64,000 nt of DNA from Mobula hypostoma (lineage: Eukaryota): NCBI RefSeq assembly GCF_963921235.1, contig NC_086097.1, positions 66,714,001 to 66,778,000 on the forward strand, given 5' to 3'. Below are positions 47,280 to 61,100 of the stretch, in pieces. Each line of letters opens with the position of its first letter. The stretch's first letter is position 1. The notes beneath the pieces are model-generated. The model did not search any database, was not told the DNA's origin, and was given only the letters and a program-made list of their open reading frames with translations. Position numbers and translations under genes: made by a program.

Positions 47280-49388
47280 CAGGGGCGGCACTAAGGTGGT
47301 GCTAGCTGATGCTATAGCCCCAGCAGAAGTTGCAATAGCACCAGCGTAGCACCACCAAGAAATTAACTGAAATTTCACATACAAATTGCAGCTGCTTTGC
47401 TTTCTCTGTATAGTTTTGAATACAGCATGTTTCTCCAGTTGATCTAGTGAAACAGTGCCTCCAATTGCCATAGCACCCACGCAGCAATAAAGTTATAAAC
47501 TCTGTCAGATCCACTCTACACTTCTGTTTATTTGTTCGTTGTCAATGTCTTGCCATTGCTGTCCACAGATCAGTTAAGATGATCTAAGATCTCTTATTGT
47601 GGTGATGTCACTCACTCTCACTCACGCAAGAGACTGAAAGTATACATCCAGGTGCAGATCCATGGTCTCGCAAGACTAACGAATGTCACGCACACACATT
47701 GTGCTTTTACAAGCTAGCGTGGGCCTGGCACGTGCATTATTTTGGTGGCGTGAAAAATGGATCGATTTTTAGTGAGAAAACGACCTCATCCAGAGGAATC
47801 AGTGGTGTCTCAGCCTGAGCATGTCTTAATTGAAAGTGACATACAGAAAGAAGTAAGTGGGGATGAGGACGACAGCAGTTCATCGAAGGAGTGTGAGGGC
47901 GAAGTAGAGGAACAAGAAATGAGTGGGATTCGGAAGAGAACTTGGATGAAGCTGCTCTTAGTGCCAGTGGGAATACTGTTAGCAATGTTAGCCAGCAGCC
48001 TGAGGAAGGACCCTGTCGGCCAGCATTGAAAAAGTACCCTTCGCAACAGATTGGCAATCAGCAAAGGAGTTTTATTTGTGGCTGGCTTGACTGACTGGAA
48101 TATTCGATCACAAAAGATACTACATTCTCCTGTGTGGAGGACATGGGTTCCATTCTGAGTCAACCTTCACTGTCACCGGTTACTGCAACTGGTGGAAAGC
48201 TACAACAGCTTTCAAAACCCACCATGTAAGTGCAGCTCATAAGCTTGCTATGGAGGCACGGGCCAAATTCAGATTGAGAAAACAAGACGGTTCAAGATTG
48301 GGAAATATGCTTGACAAAGGACATGCAAAGATTGTCCATGAAAATCGTGAGTATGTGAGAGCAGTGGCTGAGTCTCTAGCAAGGACAGACAGTGAATGAC
48401 ACAGTGGAATTTCTAGCTCCAATGAGACTCTACCGCGATGCATTTATAGATTTATACAAACTAATCTGCATATCGCTGACTCTACCTGTGATATCTGCCC
48501 CATGCAAACGGAGTTTCTCTTGCCTCAGACGCCTCAAAAACTATCTAAGGAATAGCAGTGGTGATGCTCGGAACAGCAACTTGGCCCTGTTGGCCATAAA
48601 CATTCGGAGGACCAAAGCACTTGACATCCAGAAAATCATTAATGCTTTCGCCACCAACAACAACAACAGACGGTGAGTGAGGTTGATTTTTTTTTTAATT
48701 TGACCAAGACTAATGCTGATTATTATTATTATTATTTTGTGGATACCCCATAGTCCTTATGTCTCCTGCAAATCCTAAACTATTTCATTTACTGCTATTA
48801 AGCCTTTTGGTTTTGCTTAGACTTCCAAGCAGTGATTCTGTGGATTTTTGTTTTAATTTCAGTAGCCAAATTAATTGAGGTATTGCATGGTCAGAGTACG
48901 ATTTGTCCAACTCCTGGTAAAGCCTTGCATCTGTTGTTTGCCTTATTTGACTTTAATAACGGTGTATCTTTTGGCATTTTCTCTCTATGTAATGCGAATA
49001 GCAGTGGACATTGTGGGTTAGTGTTGTGTTTTTCAGTTGAAAAGTACACATTTGATGCTGATTGTGGGATTGGTGCGTGATTCACGTTGTGCGCCGTGGG
49101 TCAGATGCTCTGTTGGTTTGTTTGTTTATGCTCTGTGTAGCCCGGGTTGTCTCCGATGCCGTTGACACTGTCACAGTTCACGTCTATATTATATTTATCA
49201 TTTGCTGTTGCTTGTGAATCAACAGAGGCATTTATAGTAGGCACATAATGCTTGAAACTGACTTTTGAATGCCACGCGTCTGGCCTTGTGAATACATATT
49301 ACCATACAGCACATCCCTCAGTACCATCACTGAATAATTCAGCCCCACTGTAGCACCAGCAAGAAAAAAATCTCTGGCACCGCCACTG
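47280..49388 (+). mobile_element. Internally deleted hAT DNA transposon (Tip100/ZMYM1-like)
   Basis: Imperfect TIRs CAGGGGCGGCAC / GCACCGCCACTG; 8-bp TSD TGAAAGAC (47272-47279, 49389-49396). Confidence 0.9.
47757..48676 (+). pseudogene. hAT transposase remnant: N-terminus/TTF zinc-finger relic joined to the C-terminal dimerisation domain
   Basis: MDRFLVRKR...; LEYSITKD near 48095; LTLPVISAPCKRSFSCLRRLKNYLRN...LALLAIN in ORF 48392-48676. Confidence 0.85.
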
Positions 49389-49424
49389 TGAAAGACAGAA
49401 CAAATATGCTATAAATGTGTGGCA

Positions 49425-49933
49425 AGATAGTGAGCATGGACTGCAATGTACTGTGGAGAGCATTCTGATTGGGTGCATTGGTGTCTGGTATGGGGTGGGG
49501 AGGGGAAACTGCAGAAGATTGAAAGAAGCTACAGAAACTTGTAAAATTAGTCAGCTCTATCTTGGGTATTATCCTCCGTCGTAACCAAGACATCTTCAAG
49601 GAGCAGTGTCTCAGAAAGGTGGTGTCCATCGTTAAGGACCCCTATCACCCAGGGCATGCCCTCTTCTCATTGTTACCATCAGGAAGGAGATACAGAAGCC
49701 TGACAGATTTAGGAACAGCTTCTTCCCCTCTGCCATCCGATTTCTAAATGGACATTGAACCCGTGAACACTACCTCACTTTTATTATTTCTGTTTTTGCA
49801 CTATTTTTTATTTAACAATTCAATATACATATAGTATATACTTACTGTAATTGATTTACTTTTTTGTACTGCTGCTGCTAAGTTAACAAATTTCATGACA
49901 TATCCAGTGATATTAAACCTGATTCCAATTCTG
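49425..49933 (+). mobile_element. Rex1 3' fragment
   Basis: KDPYHPGHALFSLLPSGRRYRSL; tail aaacctgattccaattctga. Confidence 0.88.
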
Positions 49934-50929
49934 AAGTTAGCAATTGCATTTTGAAAAATATTGATCAGATGTTTTAATTATACAGAATGAACTTTAGTTA
50001 AATTTCAGCCTGGTCTTCCAGCATCATTTTCTCTGAAGCTCACGGAGCCTAGCACCAACGTAACAGACCCAGACACTTAAGCAAACCCTGGAAGGGAATA
50101 GCATAAACGTGATACATATTTCTGTTTCTAAATATTTCTTAAGTAAGGTAACTTGGGTTTTTAAGCAACTGTTGTGTGTATCATTATTGTTTTTGTTTGA
50201 CAGGGTGATAAATTAATATTCCCCTGGCCTTGCCGAATCATGACATGTATAAAAGCTTGAAGATGAGACTTGAATATTTAAATAACATTAAAAACTTGCA
50301 TACAGATTTAAAATTATTGGAATAAGTCAGCTCTGAGCATTAAAGCTATGGCAGAAATTAATGATTACTTTTGACTATTGCACCTGTAAGCTGTGCTTAG
50401 TAAAATCGACTATTGTGTATGATTAAAGTGCAGTAATTAAGTTTAGCACAAGAACAAATAAATCAGGCAGGCTCACTTAACTAAACAAGGAATTTTTTTC
50501 CTGTTTTAAATCAAACCTGGTCACGATGTTCCAAGAATACATGGAAGTAAAACAATGGATGGCCAGCAAAACAATATATGATTTATTTGGATTGGATCTT
50601 GGCCTTTGTTGTATAAAGTTAGCAATAGTGAGCTAACATTCCAGAAATAGCTACTGGCCTAGAACTTGATGCCAATGGCAAACTCCCCACACTCCTGCCC
50701 ACCTACCAGTTGTTAAACCTGTCAAAAATATGACTGATTCTGAATGCCTATGGATTTCAAATTTGGTGGAAGCAGAAAATGACTAAGTGAAGTTGAGAGC
50801 TTTTCTGTAGTGTTGTGGAGGAAGGTGAAAAATGTAAAGCTGGAGCCAGAAAGAAAAGAAAAGCAAGCAATGCAAAATGATAATAACATTTTACCTTCCT
50901 GGCTTTCTTCTGGCCTTGGCATTAATCCT

Positions 50930-53900
50930 TTAAGACCATAAGACAAAGGAGCAGAAGTCAGCCATTCGGCCCATTGAGTCTGCTCCGCCATTTTATCATG
51001 AGCTGATCCACTCTCCCATTTAGTCCCATTCCCCCGCCTTCTCACCATAACCTTTGATGCCCTGGCTACTCAGATACCTATCAATCTCTGCCTTAAATAC
51101 ACCCAATGACTTGACCTCCACTGCTGCCCGTGGCAACAAATTCCACAGATTCGCCACCCTCTGGTTAAAAATTTTTTTTCACATCCCTGTTCTGAATGGG
51201 CTCCCTTCAATCCTTAAGTCATGCCCTCTCGTACTAGACTCCCCCATCATGGGAAACAACTTTGCCACATCCATTCTGTCCATGCCTTTCAAAATTTGAA
51301 ATGTTTCTATGAGGTCCCCCCTCATTCTTCTAAACTCTAAGGAATACAGTCCAAGAGCGGACAAACTTTCCTCATATGTTAACCCTCTCATTCCCGGAAT
51401 CATTCTAGTGAATCTTCTCTGAACCCTCTCCAACGTCAGCACATCCTTTCTTAAATAAGGAGACCAAAACTTCACACAGTACTCCAAGTGAGGTCTTACC
51501 AGTGCCTTATAGAGCCTCAACATCACACCCCTGCTCCTATACACTATCCCTCTAGAAATGAATGCCAACATTGCATTCGCCTTCTTCACCACCGACTCAA
51601 CCTGGAGGTTAACCTTAAGGGTATCCTGCACGAGGACTCCCAAATCCCGTTGCATCTCAGAACTTTGAACTCTCTCCCCAGTTAAATAATAGTCTGCCCG
51701 TTTATTTCTTCTGCCAAAGTGCATAACCATACACTTTCCAACATTGTATTTCATTTGCCACTTCTTTGCCCATTCTCCCAATCTATCCAAGTCTCTCTGC
51801 AGATTCTCTATTTCCTCAGCACTACCAGCCCCTCCACCTATCTTCGTATCGTCAGCAAACTTAGCCACAAAGCCATCTATTCCATAATCCAAATCGTTGA
51901 TGTACAATGTAAATAGAAGTGGCCCCAACACAAACCTCTGTGGAACACCACTGGTAACTGGCAGCCAACCAGAATAGGATCCCTTTATTCCCACTCTCTG
52001 TTTCCTGCCAATCAGCCAATGCTCTATCCATGTATGTAACTTTCCCGTAATTCCATGGGCTCTTATCTTGTTTAGCAGCCTCATATGTGGCACCTTGTCA
52101 AAGGCCTTCTGAAAATCCAAATATACAACATCCACCACATCTCCGTTGTCTAGCCTACTTGTAATTTCCTCAAAAAATTACAATAGGTTTGTCAGGCAGG
52201 ATTTTCCTTTAAGGAAACCATGCTGAGTTCTGCCTATCTTGTTATATGCCTCCAGGTACTCCATAACCTCATCCTTCACAATCGACTCCAACAACTTCCC
52301 AACCACCGATGTCAAGCTAACAGGTCTATAGTTTCCTTTTTGCTTCCTTGCCCCTTCTTAAATAACGGAGTGAAACTTGCAATCTTCCAGTCCTCTGGAA
52401 CCATGCCAGAATCTATCGACTTTTGAAAGATCATCGCTAATGCCTCCGCAATCTCCACAGCTACTTCCTTCAGAACACGAGGGTGCATTCCATCTGGTCC
52501 GGGAGATTTATCTACCTTTAGACTATTCAGCTTCCTGAGTACTTTCTCTGTCGTAATTGTGACTGCGCACACTTCTCTTCCCTGACACCCTTGAGTGTCC
52601 AGTATACTGCTGATGTCTTCCTCAGTGAAGACAGATGCAAAATACTCGTTCAGTTCCTCCGCCATCTCCTTATCTCCCATTACAATTTCTCCAACATCAT
52701 TTTCTATTGGTCCTATATCTGCTCTCACCTGTCTTTTACTCTGTATATACTTGAAGAAGCTTTTAGTATCCGCTTTGATATTATTTGCTAGCTTCATTTC
52801 ATAGTTTATCTTTTCCGTCTTAATCACCTTCTTAGTTTCCTTTTGTAAGCTTTTAAAAACTTCCCAATCCTCTGTCTTCCCACTAATTTCTGCTTCCTTG
52901 TATGCCCTCTCCTTTGCTTTAACTTTGGCTTTGACTTCTCTCGTCAGCCACAGTTGCATCCTTTTTCCATTCGAAAATTTGTTTTTTTTTGGAATATATC
53001 TGTGTTGCACCTTCCTCACTTCTCGCATAAACTCCAGCCACTGCTGCTCTGCCATCCTTCCTGCTAGTGTCCCTTTCCAGTCAACTTTGGCCAGTTCCTC
53101 TCTCATGCCACTGTAATTTCCCTTACTCCACTGAAACACCGACACATTGGATTTCAGCTTCTCTTTCTCAAATTCCACAGTGAATTCAATCGTGTTATGA
53201 TCACTGCCTCCTAAGGGTTCCTTCACCTCGATCTCTCTAATCTCCTCTGGTTCATTACACAATACCCAATCCAGTACAGCCGATCCCCTAGTGGGCTCAA
53301 CAACAAGCTGTTCTAAAAAGCCATCTCGTAGATATTCTACAAATTCTCTCTCTTGAGATCTAGTACCGACCTGATTTTCCCAATCCACTCGCATGTTAAA
53401 ATCCCCCACAATTATCATAACACTGCCCTTCTGACAAGCCTTTTCTATTTCCAGTTGTAATTTGTAGTCCACATCACTGCAACTGTTAGGAGGCCTGTAT
53501 ATAACTGCCATCAGGGTCCTTTTACCCCTGCGATTTCTTAGCTCAACCCATAAAGATTCTGCACCTTCCGATCCTATGTCACCTCTTTCTAATGATTTAA
53601 TATCATTTCTTACCAATAAAGCCACGGCTCCCCTCTGCCTACCTGCCTATCCTTCCGATACACCGTGTATCCTTGGATGTTCAGCTCCCAGAGACATGCA
53701 TCCTTTAGCCACGTCTCGGTGATGGCCACAATATCATACCTGCCAATCTGTAGCTGTACAACAAGATCATCCACCTTATTCCTTATGCTGCATGCATTTA
53801 AGTATAACACCTTAAGTCCAGTACTTGGTACTTTTTGCTTTGATTGCACTGCAACTCATCCCAATGGCTGCAAATTTGCCCCATCACCTTCCTGTCCTTC

Positions 53901-54590
53901 CTGACATCTTTACTGCTCACTATCTTAGATTTATTTCTGTTTTCCCCCTCCTCTGCTCTATCATTCCGGTTCCCATCCCCCTGCCAAATTAGTTTAAACC
54001 CTCCCTACCAGCTCTATTAAACCTTCCTGCCAGGATATTGGTCCCCTTTGGGTTCAGGTATAACCCGTCCTTTTTGAACAGGTCATACTTCCCCCAGAAG
54101 AGATCCCAATTATCCAAGAATCGAAAGCCCTGCCCCCTGCACCAGTCTCCCAGCCACGCATTCATCTGCCTGATCCTACTATTCTTGCCCTCGCTAGTAC
54201 GTGGCACAGGTAGCAATCCTGAGGTTACTACCCTGGAGGTCCTGCTTCTCAGCTTCCTTCCTAACTCCCAGAAATCTCTCTTCAGGACCTCCTCCCTTTT
54301 CCTATCTATGTCATTGGTATCAACATGTACCAAGACAGCTGGCTGCTCGCCCTCTCCCTTCAGAATATTCTGGACCCGATCCAAGACATCCTGTACCCTG
54401 GAACCTGGGAGGCAACACACCATGTGGGTATCTCTATCAGGCTCACAGAATCTCCTGTCTGTTCCCCTGACTATGGAATCCCCTATGACTACCGCATTCC
54501 TCTTCTCCCTCCTTCCCTCCTGCACAACAGTTCCAGGCTCAGTGCCAGAGACCCGGTCACCATGGCCGTCCCCTGTCAGGTCATCCTCTT
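50930..54590 (-). mobile_element. Relatively young, near-complete CR1: ORF1 SGNH domain, ORF2 EN-RT with a few frameshifts, 3' UTR
   Basis: ORFs 53989-54705 (VIGDSIVRG...DGLYLN), 53610-53849 (YLNACSIRNK..ITETW), 52312-53625 (GDFN, SDH) and 51179-52138 (KFADD). Confidence 0.95.
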
Positions 54591-54609
54591 TGAATATCAC
54601 CCATGTTGT

Positions 54610-54726
54610 GCAGTAGGTAGGAGAGATTAGTGTTTGAGTGTTTTTGATTTGCTTTTTAGCTGGTTTGGCACTACATAGAGGGCCGAATAGCCTGTTCCTG
54701 TGCAATACTCTCTATGTTCTATGTTC
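54610..54726 (+). mobile_element. Short CR1-type 3' end
   Basis: gggccgaatagcctgttcctgtgc...ctatgttctatgttc. Confidence 0.6.
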
Positions 54727-56249
54727 ATTGACAGAATGTCTTATCAGCATCGATGCCCAATTAAAATGTCATTACAAATCACAGGTAAATCTGCATATTC
54801 TGGGAAAAGGCCCATCTGGTTCATGCCATGCAGCCACGGACCACACAAATTTACATCTGAACACAGAAATCCTATGTTATAAATAAATTTACAATTTAAG
54901 ACAATAAAAATTCACTACAAAATGGAATCTATTCAATCATATTTCCCAAAAAGAGTGCAAAAGAATTTAACTTGTATAAATTGCTCACTTTGTACTTTAA
55001 TATTTGGTAATATCTTGAAAATCATTTGTGTCAAAGAATAAAACTATAAGAATAAAGGAATTATAAATATTTCAGAGTTTGAAATATCTCATTACACACT
55101 ATCACTGCATTCAATTTACACCAAAGGAGCTGAGCAACCGTTTGGAAATTAATCTTTGCTGAATTCTTTTAATTTATTTGTTACTTTGCAGCCATATCAT
55201 AAATGTTCAAAATTCACCCTTTTGTTTCATTTCCACTTGTGATGGATTGACGGTTACCAGCACTGCTCCGATCTGAGAACTGACACTTGTTCCTATTGCT
55301 GATCAGGAAATCTCAGTCAGCTGCAATTTTCACTAAAGAACAAATGCAGTGAGACCTTTCTCTCTGGGGTGCTGGGGAAAGGTCAGCTGTGGATAGAGCA
55401 GATTTTATATTGAACAGATACCTAAACAATAAAGATTTCACAATAAAATATTTTTTAATGAGAAACGGCTTAAGGGAATGCAGGAGAATTGCTGCTTGTT
55501 GCCTACACCTCCAACCAAAAGATCCAAGTACTGATCTTAGATTCGAGCTGCTGACAGGAATGAAGAACTTGGGAGGAAGTAAAGTAAAGCTTGCAGTTCC
55601 ATTCCTACCGTGCTTCCGCTGGTCACCATTTCATCTCTTGAGCTTTGGGTGAATTATATTCTGCTGTGAATACTGGTCATCTCCTTTGCACCACCTAGCA
55701 AAGCTTCACCTACAATATCGTGAAAGTCTGCTCTCTCTCCTAATTTAGGCCATCTACAGTTCAGTAGCCTGTTCCAACGGTATGCATCTGCCCTTTTAGG
55801 AAACACAGCTAGCTTTTATTATTGATGGTCACTAATTGTACAGTTCACCACTGAAGTATCCTGCCAATTATGTGCATGGCCAATACAAGCTGATTGCCTT
55901 AAGGTTCAAAGGTGGCAGAAGGTTGGTATACTTCCTACATCCCATCAATTGGGCATGTTAATTGAACATCAGAATCCTCTTGCCATTTTCAAGGATTATC
56001 AAACTTGCACACAAATATTATACAGTAATTGAAGCAATGCAATAATAAAACTATCAGGAGCAGAAAATCTAGCTCACGGTTAAATTTAACAAGTGAAAAA
56101 TACGCTGTTTACTATTATTCAAATATATAAGAGGTATCCAGGCCTGTGCTGAAACCGACGTTAGTCCTTGTGGAAACGATGAAGGGGCTGAATGCATGTT
56201 CAAGACAAAAAATTTTCTCCCCTGAAGATAGATATCAGGGCTGGTTGGA

Positions 56250-57210
56250 GTCTGCATATAACCTGTAACACCAAAGGTCCCAACTCACTAGACCGCTGCT
56301 ATACTAAGATAAGAAATCCGTACTGTTCCATGCCCAGACCGCATTTCAGGGAATCTGATCACTTAGCTGTTCTTCTCCGACCTGCATGCAAGTAGAGGCT
56401 AAAGAGCAAGTCTCAGGAGATTACAAGAACAAAGGTGGTTGCGGGTGGCTATGGAGTTGCTTTGAGTCAGTGGACTGGGCCGTGTCCAAGGGCTTCTCTA
56501 TGGATCTGAATGACTACACCACAGTTGTCACGGACTTCATAAAAACAGTTGAGATTTTATTGACCAGTCTGTCCCCACAAAATCATTCAGAGTCTTCCCC
56601 AGCCAGAGACCCTGGATGAACCATGAGATCCACAATCTGCTGAGGGTCAGATCAGTGGCTTTCAAGCCTGGTGAACAAGAAACGTGCAAGAGGTCCAGGT
56701 ACGATCTCCAGAAAGCCATCTCATGGGCAAAGTGGCAACTCCGGACTAAACACAAATCAATGAAGGATGCTCAGCAGTTGTGGCAGAACCTGAATACTAC
56801 CACAGTATGGTGCTTGATAAAGTGAAATCAAGTGACATACTATAGGTAACAACAGGGTTTCACTTCCAGATGAGCTCAATGCCTTCTATGTTCACTTTGA
56901 CCATCAAAACATGGAGGAACATCATGAATTCCCACAGCCCCGATGATCCTGTGATTTCAGTCTCTGAGTCTGAGGATGAACCCATTGAAAGCATCCAGCC
57001 CAGATAGAGTACCTGACCAAATACTAAAGACCTGTGCTGATCAACAGGCTGCAGTGTTCTCCGATATCTTTAACCTCTCACTTCGGCAGTCTGAGTGTTG
57101 AAGAGCTTTGAGAGATTGGTGAGGAAACATATCAACTCCTGCCTGAGAACTGACTTAGATCAGCTCCAGTTTTCCTACTGGCACAACAGACCCACAGCAG
57201 ATGCCATTTC
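56250..57210 (+). mobile_element. Rex1 EN-to-RT fragment
   Basis: HITCNTKGPNSLDRCYT...PHFRESDHLAV; CFESVDW; MNHEIHNLLRVR. Confidence 0.85.
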
Positions 57211-57585
57211 CATAAGACTATAAGATATAGGAGCAGAATTAGGCCATTTGGCCCATCGAGTCTGCTCCTACATTTCATCATGGCTGATCCATTTCCCTCT
57301 CAGCCATATTATTTGCCTTCTTCCTGTAACCCTTCATGCCCTGACTAACAAAGAATCTATCAACGTCTGCCTTAAAATATACCTAATGACTTAGCCCCCA
57401 CAGTCACCTGTGGCAATGAATTCCACAGTTTCACCACCCCCTGGCTAAAGAAATTCCTCCTCATCTCCATTCTAACAGACGTCTCTCTATTCTGAGGCTG
57501 TACCCTCTGGTCCTAGACTCCCCCACCTGAGGAAATATCCTCTGTGCAACTACTCTATCAAGGCCTTTCAACAATCAAACATTTT
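57211..57585 (-). mobile_element. CR1 3' end (host of the L1 insertion)
   Basis: cataagactataagatataggagcagaattaggcc tail; sequence resumes after 63440. Confidence 0.88.
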
Positions 57586-58136
57586 GTTTTTTTTTTAATT
57601 TTATTTTTATTTGGATAAGGAATTCACAATTATCATGTACTTTTTTCACACATATAACCTTTTCCATTTTTTTATATGTATAAAACTACAATTATTTATA
57701 CATTCTTAAGTACACATTGAGATGATATAAAAGGAAAATAAACATTTAAATAGATAATTATGTACTGTGGTAAATCTAACCTATTAGGCTAAGTAATGAA
57801 ATTAGTTGTTAAGAAAAATGGTAATAATAGTTTCCATACAACCCTTCTGGACCATTTCCACTGGTCCAAAATGTTGCATACAAGCCTATATACCAACCAT
57901 TGTAGGTGTTTATATCCCAATTTGTTCGTGCTTGTTCCTGCCCGCAGACATAATTATCCAATCCCTATGTACTTATTTACTTAATTTTTTCATTTTTTTT
58001 ATCCCTTTCCCAAATCTTTCCCTTTACTTGTGTTAATTCTCTATTTTCCAAAAAAAAACAAACATTTAGACTAGGGGTGCTTACGTTAGCAATATTACTG
58101 TGTTGATGAGAAGAGCAATATAAATCATTAGGAGAG

Positions 58137-61100
58137 TCATCTAAAGTCTGCTCGCATTGGGGTTATATATTCAATCCATTTATTCCAGATTTGATAAAAT
58201 GTTTCTTTTTGAGTTCTCAGGGAGTAAGTCAACTTTTCCATTTTAAATATTTCCAAGATAATTTCGTACCAATCTTCTAATGTAGGTGGTATTGGATTTA
58301 GCCATTTTCTAGTGATTGATTTCTTATTTGCCGCTAAGAGGGCCTGCAGCAACTTTATATCTTCCTTCTGTTCAAGGAACAATACATGCCCCAAATAGAG
58401 CATCTCAAAGTTCAGAGGTATCTGGGACCTAAGTACCTTAACTAATGTTCTATGAATACCTTCCCAAAATAGACTTAATTTAGGGCAATCCCAGAAAATA
58501 TGAAAATGATTTGCCTCCTTGGAGCCGCACCTTCTCCAACACATCACATTTGTATCTTTATATTTTTCCTGATATGGGGTCTTGAAGTATCTTATAATGT
58601 TTTTCCAACAATGTTCTCTCCAAGTCAAAGAATTAGTTGAGGACCATTGAAAGCTGCAGATTTTCCCCCAAGCCTCCTCTGAAAGTACCAACCCCGCTTC
58701 TTTCTCCCACTTCTCTTTAATATACAGTGTATTTACATTTTTAGCATGGGAGAGTGCATTATATAGGCGAGAAACTGATTTACTAGGTATTGAACTGCAA
58801 GCCGAATTCAGAATCTTGAAAAATTCTAATTCTACTGTTGATAGGTCTGTATATCTACAACTCTGGTTAACATAGTTTCGTATTTGAAGGTACCTAAAAA
58901 AGTCATTATGTTCTAGGCCATATTTGTCCTGCAGGATTTGGAAACTTTGTAATACTCTTTTATCTATAAATGAGAGGTAGGTTGTAAGACCTTTCTTTAT
59001 CCATAGCTCAAATCTTTTATCTCCTCTGTTGGGAAGGAATTCGGTATCATATGCACACCATCTAAAGAGTTTTAACATGTTATTAATTCCACATGAATTA
59101 ACCACCTTCTGCCATACTTTTAATGTAAGATTTATCCAAGCATTATTAAATTTTTCCAACTGGGCCATCAATCCTTTGTCAGCTATTGAGGCCTGAAGAG
59201 GAAAACTGTCAACTAATCCAAATTCTATTTCCTTCCATCTAGCCTTATATTCCCTATTACACCAATATAACAGAGGGGTTATCTGTGAGGCATAAAAATA
59301 ATTTCTCAGGCAAAGAAGAACCATACCTCCTCCTTCCTTCCCTAACTGTAAGGTGTTATATCGAATTCTAGGTTTCCTTCCTTGCCAAATGAAGTGGGAA
59401 ATCCATTTGTCCCATTCCCTGAATTGATTATCATCCACCTCCACTGGTAAAGTACGGAAAAGATATATTAACCGAGGAAGAATATTCATTTTTATAGTAT
59501 TTATCCTTGAATTTAAACTTAAAAAGGGGATAAGATTCCATCTATGCATATCTGCTTTTATCTCTGAGATTAATGGCCCATAATTTACCTGTGACAGTGT
59601 TGAAAGATCCTTCGGCAGGGTTATTCCTAAATATTTTAATGATTTAGCTTCCCACTTAAGATCGTATGTATCCTGCAATTTTTTTGGATGGTGTATAATT
59701 TAGGGACATAACCTGCGTTTTCTTTACATTTATTTTATAACCTGATAGTTTCCCAAAGTCATCCAACAGTGTAAACAATCCTATAAATGATTTTTCTGGT
59801 TCACTCAGATAGACCAAAACATCATCTGCGAATAACGCCACTTTCTGTTCAATCCCTGCCACCTTGATACCTTTTACGATTTCGCTCTGTCTTATTAGTT
59901 GGGCAAGTGGTTCAATATATAGCGCAAAAAGGAGAGGAGAAATTGGGCATCCCTGTCTAGTGCCTCTCTCTAAAATGAAGGAGTCAGAGAGGTCCCCATT
60001 TATCTTAATTCGGGCTGTTAGGGCTGTCATATAGAGTCTGAATTACTTTAATAAACCTTTCTTGAAAGCCAAATCTTCCTAACACTCTGTATAGGAATGC
60101 CCAACTAACCGAATCAAAAGCTTTCTCAGCATCCAATCCTACTACCATTGTCTCTGTCTCGTTCTTATTAACCTGTTCTAATATGTGCAGAGTTCTCCTT
60201 ATGTTGTCCTGTGTTTGTCTTTGTTGAATAAATCCAGTCTGGTCTAAATGGATTAGGCCAGGTAAAAGCTTTTCCAATCTGCGCGCTAATATAGATGTAA
60301 ATAGTTTGTAATCTAAATTAAGAACACTAATTGGCCGATAATTGCCACATTCTAGTTTATCTTTACCCTCTTTAGGAATAACTGAAATAATCGCTTCTCT
60401 CCAGGAAGGTGGAGTTTCTCCTCTCTGCAAGATCCAATTAAAGGTGTTAAGTAGTAATGGGGCTAACTGTGTCTTCATGGACTTGTACCACTCTGAGGTA
60501 AACCCATCAGAACCCGGGGACTTTCCAGCCTTTAACCTAGAGATGGCCACGTTCAGTTCTTTGACAGTTACTGGTTCTAATAAACTTTCATTTTGTAAAT
60601 CTGTAAGTTTAGGTAGATCTAAAAAATTCAATACACTGTCTATATAGGGCTCATTGGGGGCCCGGGGTTGAGAGTACAGCTCTCGATAATATGTTTCAAA
60701 ACTCTCTTGAATTTTCCCTATTGTACTCTCCACAAGCTTTGTCTTTGGATTCTTTATTTTATGAATTGTATTGTCTGCTTGTTGTTTTCGTAATTTATAT
60801 GCTAATAATCTAGCTGATTTACCTCCTACTTCATAATTCTTTTGTCTCAGGTAAAGAAAATTTCTTTGAGTTTCCAACGTATAACTATCATCAATTTCAC
60901 TTTGCAATTTCCTAATTTCCTGTTTTCGATTTGAATTACTTTTGTTGCTATCTACAACTTGAAGTTGTTTTAATTTTCCTTGAAGGTCTGCTAATTTTTG
61001 TGCATTGATTTTTTTCATGTGAGTAGTAATGGAAATAATTTTCCCTCTCAGTACAGCTTTCAATGTATCCCATACAATCACTGGTGATGTTTCTCCCGTG

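Noticed and set aside
47757..48676. Host ZMYM1/ZBED-like gene
   Set aside because: It is enclosed by TIRs and an 8-bp TSD, has stops and frameshifts, and lacks the catalytic core.
54038..54616. Long ORFs antisense to LINE coding regions (also 38604-39155, 40338-40856, 60342-60647)
   Set aside because: They are shadow frames of CR1/L1 ORFs.
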